DNA of 11,327 bases, from assembly GCA_044866005.1 (NCBI GenBank), contig JBIOTN010000035.1, positions 1 to 11,327 of the forward strand, read 5' to 3'. Under the pieces are notes generated by a model. It searched no databases and was not told the origin of the DNA. It saw only the letters and a program-made list of their open reading frames with translations. Each line of letters begins with the position of its first letter. Positions within the stretch are counted from its first letter, which is position 1. Source of the DNA: Candidatus Rokuibacteriota bacterium (GTDB lineage: Bacteria > Methylomirabilota > Methylomirabilia > Rokubacteriales > DASRDR01). Shown one piece after another: positions 7,578-11,327 of the stretch. The position numbers and the translations under genes were made by a program.

Positions 7578-7811
7578 TCAGCGCCCGCGACCCTCCTCCG
7601 CCGTCGGGCCGCATGAGGGGTCGGTCTCGTAGCCGGCACAGCGAACGCGCGGGAGCGGCGGGTACTTCGGGTAGCCGGACTCGGTCTCGGCGCGACGGCA
7701 GAGGAAGAAGAGCGCGCCGCGGGCGCTCTCGACGCGGCGCGCCCAGCGGCAGTCCCAGCAGAGGCCCACCCGACCCCGGGCCGACTCCTCCGATCGCCCG
7801 CCGGATGCCAC
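7578..7811 (-). CDS. Small Cys-rich hypothetical protein, putative metal-binding (77 aa)
   Basis: GLCWDCRWARRVESARGALFFLCRRAETESGYPKYPPLPRVRCAGYE gives C-x2-C-x16-C-x19-C plus a PKYP.LP motif. It fills the gap between two plus-strand genes and has protein-like composition. Confidence 0.75.
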   Translation of the reverse strand: MASGGRSEESARGRVGLCWDCRWARRVESARGALFFLCRRAETESGYPKYPPLPRVRCAGYETDPSCGPTAEEGRGR

Positions 7812-7817
7812 CTCCCC

Positions 7818-7823
7818 ATCCTA
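7818..7823 (-). promoter_or_regulatory. -10 box TAGGAT, leaderless-type promoter of the Cys-rich gene
   Basis: Minus strand TAGGAT-ggggag-GTG(7811): 6 nt between hexamer and start codon. Confidence 0.45.
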
Positions 7824-8038
7824 CCGCGCGCGCGCCGCCGACCGCCCGGAGCGTCTGCCTGGGCGATCGACGCGCCCGTGCGGCGGGGTCCAGCGGCGGC
7901 CCGGGCGGGCGGCTCGGCGGGAGGTCGGGCCACCCCACCCCGCACCCGGACGGCGCGCCCGTGCAGGATTTGCGCGGCCCGCGGCGCGCGGTGCCCTCTC
8001 ACCTGGCTGGAATTCCATCGCCGCCGCCTCCGCCGGGC

Positions 8039-8055
8039 TTGGCGAGCTCCTTGCT
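8039..8055 (+). promoter_or_regulatory. Sigma54 (RpoN) -24/-12 promoter upstream of the beta-barrel gene
   Basis: TTGGCGAGCTCCTTGCT versus consensus TGGCACG-N4-TTGCW: TGGC and TTGCT are intact with exact GG-N10-GC spacing. It is intergenic, correctly oriented and about 95 nt before ATG 8150. Confidence 0.65.
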
Positions 8056-8149
8056 GGAGCCACGGTAGAGGAGCTCGCCGCGACGGCCGACCACGCGGAC
8101 GGGCTCGGCAAGGAGACGGCCCGGGAGCAACGCAAGCGCCGCCGCGCCG

Positions 8150-9343
8150 ATGCCGGAGGACCAGGAGAGGTCTGGAGTCGAGGCGGGCCCCGCGCGCCGC
8201 CGCGCGCGGAGGCTCGGCATCGCGGCACTCGTCCTCGCCGGATGCCTCGGGCAGGCGGCGAGCGCCGCCGCGCAGGCCGATCCCCAGCGGCGCGCCAACC
8301 TCGAGATCGGCGCCGAGGGGCCGCTCCGCGGGGACGGTCCCCTGGCCGGCTACGCCTTCTTCCTCTTGAACCGCCCGCACTTCATCGACGACGACTTCTA
8401 CCTCCGCGTCATCTTCGCCCCGACCTACTTCATGGCCGATCTGGTCCGCGATCGCTGGCCGGCGGACGGCCACGCGCTCGGCATCGGCCTGGCGGGCGGC
8501 TTCTTCCCGTACAACTTCGAGGAATTCCGCTCCGGGCAGCACCGCGAGCGCGAGTCGTTCTGGGGGCACGGCGGCGAGACGACGCTCAGCTACTATCGGC
8601 GGACGTCGCTCTTCGAGCGCCTCCCCGTCGAAGGGCAGCTGCGCCTGCGCCCGCAGCTCGTCGTCTACCAGCACGGCATGGACACGGACAGCCGGTTCCG
8701 CTTGCCCGCGGACACCGTCCTCTACACGGGGCGGGCCGGGATCCGGGTGGGTGGCGTCCCGCCGGAGCTCCTGCCCGAGCTGGCCCTCGAGGCGTCCATC
8801 TGGTACGAGCCGAGCTACCGGACCGAAGCCGGGCCGTTCGGCCTGCCCGAGCGCCCGCAGGAGACGGAGCACTTCACGCAGCGCGCCTGGGCGCGGGTGG
8901 GCGGCGTCTTCGCGGTCTCGCGCGGACACACCGTGCAGGGCTTCTTCACCGCCGGCACCACGGAAGACACCGACGCCCTCTCGGCCTTCCGTCTGGGCAG
9001 CGCCCTCCCGTTCCGGAGCGAGTTCCCGCTGGTCCTCCACGGCTACTTCGTCGACGAGGTCTTCGCCCGGCGCTTCTGGCTCGTCAACCTCGCCTACCGG
9101 ATTCCGCTCTGGAACGGCGCCGAGCGCGTGAAGCTCCAGCTCTCGCTGGACTACGCGCGGGTGGACTACCTGGAGGGCCACGAGCTGCCGCGGCACGGGC
9201 TCCGCGGCGCGGGCGCGGACCTCTCCATCGCGCTGACGCGCGACGTCACGCTCATGCTCGGGTACGGCTACGGCTGGGACGCGCCGCGGAACGGCGGGTT
9301 CGGCGGCCACGAAGCCCACACGCTGCTGGAACTGAAGTTCTAG
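8150..9343 (+). CDS. Outer-membrane beta-barrel protein, Omp85/TpsB-like barrel without POTRA domains
   Basis: 397 aa with a basic then hydrophobic signal peptide, many amphipathic strands rich in aromatics and Gly, and C-terminal LLELKF. The segment FRLGS...VLHGY...LVNLAYRIPL...LDYARV...GAGADL...LGYGYG follows the motif order of Omp85 barrel C-termini. The start is uncertain because no SD is adjacent. Confidence 0.75.
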   Translation: MPEDQERSGVEAGPARRRARRLGIAALVLAGCLGQAASAAAQADPQRRANLEIGAEGPLRGDGPLAGYAFFLLNRPHFIDDDFYLRVIFAPTYFMADLVRDRWPADGHALGIGLAGGFFPYNFEEFRSGQHRERESFWGHGGETTLSYYRRTSLFERLPVEGQLRLRPQLVVYQHGMDTDSRFRLPADTVLYTGRAGIRVGGVPPELLPELALEASIWYEPSYRTEAGPFGLPERPQETEHFTQRAWARVGGVFAVSRGHTVQGFFTAGTTEDTDALSAFRLGSALPFRSEFPLVLHGYFVDEVFARRFWLVNLAYRIPLWNGAERVKLQLSLDYARVDYLEGHELPRHGLRGAGADLSIALTRDVTLMLGYGYGWDAPRNGGFGGHEAHTLLELKF

Positions 9344-9478
9344 CCGGCGGGGGCCAACGGGACCGCCACGGGTGGCGCCGCGCGCCGCCCCGCGGCGGGC
9401 CGGACGAAGTGGGCCCCGGGGCCAACGCGGCGACAGGACCCGCGGCGGGCCACCGGCCGGCGCCAGGGCTCGGCGGCG

Positions 9479-10444
9479 TCAGGGGCGTGGGCTGGGGACG
9501 TCCCAGGTGGCGCCGCCCGTGTGCCAGAAACAGACCGTGTCCCCCGCGCCGAAGACCCCGCGACGGACCAGATCCACGAGTCCCGCGGCCGCCTTGGCGC
9601 CATAGGTCGCGTCGAGCGCGATCCCCTCCAGGCGGGCGAAGAGCCGGGTCGCCTCCTCGGACGCCGGGGTCGGGATCCCGTACCCGTCGCCCACGTAGCC
9701 ATCCAGGACCTCGATGGCGTCGGCCGCCGGCGCCGGCTCGCCGAGCCGCGCCGCCAGCGGGCCGGCGATCCCCGCGACCAGGCGCGCGAGGTCCCCGCGC
9801 GTCTCGTCGGCGCTCACGCCGATCACCCGCGTCTCGAGCCGCGCGGCGCGACAGCCCACGACGAGCCCCGCCTGCGTGCCGCCGGACGAGGAGCCCACGA
9901 CGATCGCCGTCGGGCGGACGTCGAGCGCGCCGAGCTGTGCCGCGGCCTCGGACGCGGCCTCGACGTAGCCGAGGGCGCCCAGGGGGGTCGAGCCGCCGAT
10001 CGGGACGAGGAGCGGGCGCCGGCCGGCCCGCCCGAGCTCGTCGGCCAGCGCCTGGAGCGCCGGCATGCGCTCCGGTCCGCTTCCGACGAAGCGGAGCTCC
10101 GCCCCGAAGAGGCGGTCGAGGGCGAGGTTCCCCGTGTACGCAGGCGGCGGCCCGCCCGACAGGACGAGGATGCAGTCGAGCCCCGCGCGCGCCGCGGCGG
10201 CCGCCGTCACCCGCGCGTGATTGGACTGGTGCCCGCCCGCCGTGAGGAGGACGTCGGCGCCCACGGCCCGCGCCTCGCCCAGGAAGAACTCGAGCTTGCG
10301 AACCTTGTTGCCGCCCAGCGCGAAGCCCGTGAGGTCGTCGCGCTTGACGAGCAGCCGCGGCCCGCCGAGGTACGCCGAGAGCCGCGGGAGCGGGTGGAGC
10401 GGCGTCGGGAAGAACCCGAGCGGCTCGCGGGGCGGCGGCCTCAC
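9479..10444 (-). CDS. D-cysteine desulfhydrase / ACC deaminase family PLP-dependent enzyme (DcyD-like, not a true ACC deaminase)
   Basis: 321 aa: PTPL, KRDDLTGFALGGNKVRKLEF (PLP Lys47), QSNHAR, PIGGSTPLGALGY, SSSGGTQAGL, YVGDGYG, EGIALDATYGAKA, FWHTGG. Confidence 0.9.
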   Translation of the reverse strand: MRPPPREPLGFFPTPLHPLPRLSAYLGGPRLLVKRDDLTGFALGGNKVRKLEFFLGEARAVGADVLLTAGGHQSNHARVTAAAAARAGLDCILVLSGGPPPAYTGNLALDRLFGAELRFVGSGPERMPALQALADELGRAGRRPLLVPIGGSTPLGALGYVEAASEAAAQLGALDVRPTAIVVGSSSGGTQAGLVVGCRAARLETRVIGVSADETRGDLARLVAGIAGPLAARLGEPAPAADAIEVLDGYVGDGYGIPTPASEEATRLFARLEGIALDATYGAKAAAGLVDLVRRGVFGAGDTVCFWHTGGATWDVPSPRP

Positions 10445-10520
10445 GGCGGCGCGGCGCCGGGCGGGGTGGACAAGCGGGCCGGCGCGGTGAGGCCGCTCAC
10501 CGGGGCGGCCGGTGCTCGCG

Positions 10521-11258
10521 TCATTCGGCCGCCGTGCCGAGGTAGGCCTTCTTGATGAGCGGGCTCTCGACGAGCTCCTGGGCCGTCCCCGACAGCACCA
10601 CTTCGCCCATCTGGAGGACGTAGCCGCGATGGGCGATGGAGAGCGCCATGTTGACGTTCTGCTCGACGAGAAACAGCGTGGTCCCCTGCTGGTTGATGGC
10701 CTTGATGATGTCGAAGACCTGCTCCACGTAGCCCGGGGACAGGCCCATCGAAGGCTCGTCCATGCAGAGGAGCACCGGGCGCGTCATCAGGGCGCGGCCG
10801 ATGGCGAGCATCTGCTGCTCGCCGCCGGAGAGGGTCCCGGCGAGCTGGCTCCGCCGCTCCTTCAGGATCGGGAAGAGGCCGTAGACGCGCTCGAGGTCGG
10901 CGTCCCAGCCGGGCTCGCGCCGGCGCGTGTAGCGGCCCATCTCGAGATTCTCGAGGACCGTCATTCGCGGAAACACGCGGCGGCCCTCGGGGACGGGCGC
11001 GATCCCGCGCCGGACGATCTCGCTCGTGCGGAGCGTGTGGATCGGCTCGCCACGGTAGAGGACCGTGCCCTCGCGCGGGCGCACCAGGCCGAGCACCGTC
11101 TTGAGCGTCGTGGACTTGCCGGATGCGTTGCCGCCGAGGAGGGAGACGATCTCGCCTTCGTGGATCTCGCAGGAGACGCCCTTGAGGACGTGGAGCGGTC
11201 CGTAGTAGGTGTGGACGCCGGTGAACTGGAGCAGCGGCCGCCCGTTCGTGGTCGTCAT
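10521..11258 (-). CDS. livF: Branched-chain amino-acid-type (HAAT) ABC transporter ATP-binding subunit, LivF-like
   Basis: 245 aa: Walker A GGNASGKST, VPEGRRVF, LFPILKERRSQLAGTLSGGEQQMLAIGRALM, MDEPSMGL, LVEQN, C-terminal AYLG. The substrate cannot be determined. Confidence 0.92.
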   Translation of the reverse strand: MTTTNGRPLLQFTGVHTYYGPLHVLKGVSCEIHEGEIVSLLGGNASGKSTTLKTVLGLVRPREGTVLYRGEPIHTLRTSEIVRRGIAPVPEGRRVFPRMTVLENLEMGRYTRRREPGWDADLERVYGLFPILKERRSQLAGTLSGGEQQMLAIGRALMTRPVLLCMDEPSMGLSPGYVEQVFDIIKAINQQGTTLFLVEQNVNMALSIAHRGYVLQMGEVVLSGTAQELVESPLIKKAYLGTAAE

Positions 11259-11327
11259 TTCTGGGCCGGTCCGCGGCCTGGCCGCTCCGGGTCCTGTCGC
11301 CGGCTCGGCGCCGGACCCGGACGCATC

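Noticed and set aside
7519..7788. Similar strings CCCCGGGCCCGACTCC (near 7521) and CCCCGGGCCGACTCC (near 7774)
   Set aside because: Short, gapped and almost all GC, so compatible with chance; one copy is coding.
7830..8149. Several 99-163 aa ORFs crossing the intergenic region
   Set aside because: Low-complexity translations. The region is better explained as divergent promoter DNA.
9479..10444. ACC deaminase (acdS) call
   Set aside because: Lacks the diagnostic Glu295 and Leu322 equivalents.
6716..10555. Long ORFs 6716..9319 (-), 8242..10245 (+) and 9521..10555 (+)
   Set aside because: Shadow frames spanning several real genes, with no motifs.
11255..11327. Tail of an upstream livG-like gene (possible ATGA overlap) or an N-terminal extension/fusion of livF
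   Set aside because: Both frames are open to the window edge but give only low-complexity peptides, so neither can be called without flanking sequence.

Overview
Very GC-rich bacterial chromosomal DNA, probably from a diderm because it encodes an outer-membrane beta-barrel. Left: the 5' part of a pentose-phosphate operon on the minus strand, with an FGGY-type gluconokinase translationally coupled to a transketolase that runs off the left edge and is missing from the ORF track. A structured, degenerate MITE/REP-like element separates it from a divergent plus-strand signalling block. That block holds a stand-alone PAS protein with a FixL-like His, a small SH3-like protein, then a sigma70 promoter and hairpin-rich leader ahead of a 1121-aa hybrid histidine kinase (TM-Cache-TM-HAMP-GAF-GAF-HisKA-HATPase-REC), a small OB-fold protein and an FGE/SUMF1-fold protein lacking the catalytic cysteines. 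Next come a small Cys-rich protein (minus) and a POTRA-less Omp85-like barrel (plus) behind a well-spaced sigma54 promoter. On the right, a LivF-type ABC ATPase and a D-cysteine desulfhydrase-family PLP enzyme are on the minus strand. I saw no rRNA, tRNA, CRISPR array, transposase or prophage gene. I cannot demonstrate a complete new system. The best leads are the sigma54-driven atypical Omp85-like barrel, the putative heme-PAS next to an orphan hybrid kinase, and the intergenic structured element. All family calls come from motif recognition by eye, not from database searches.
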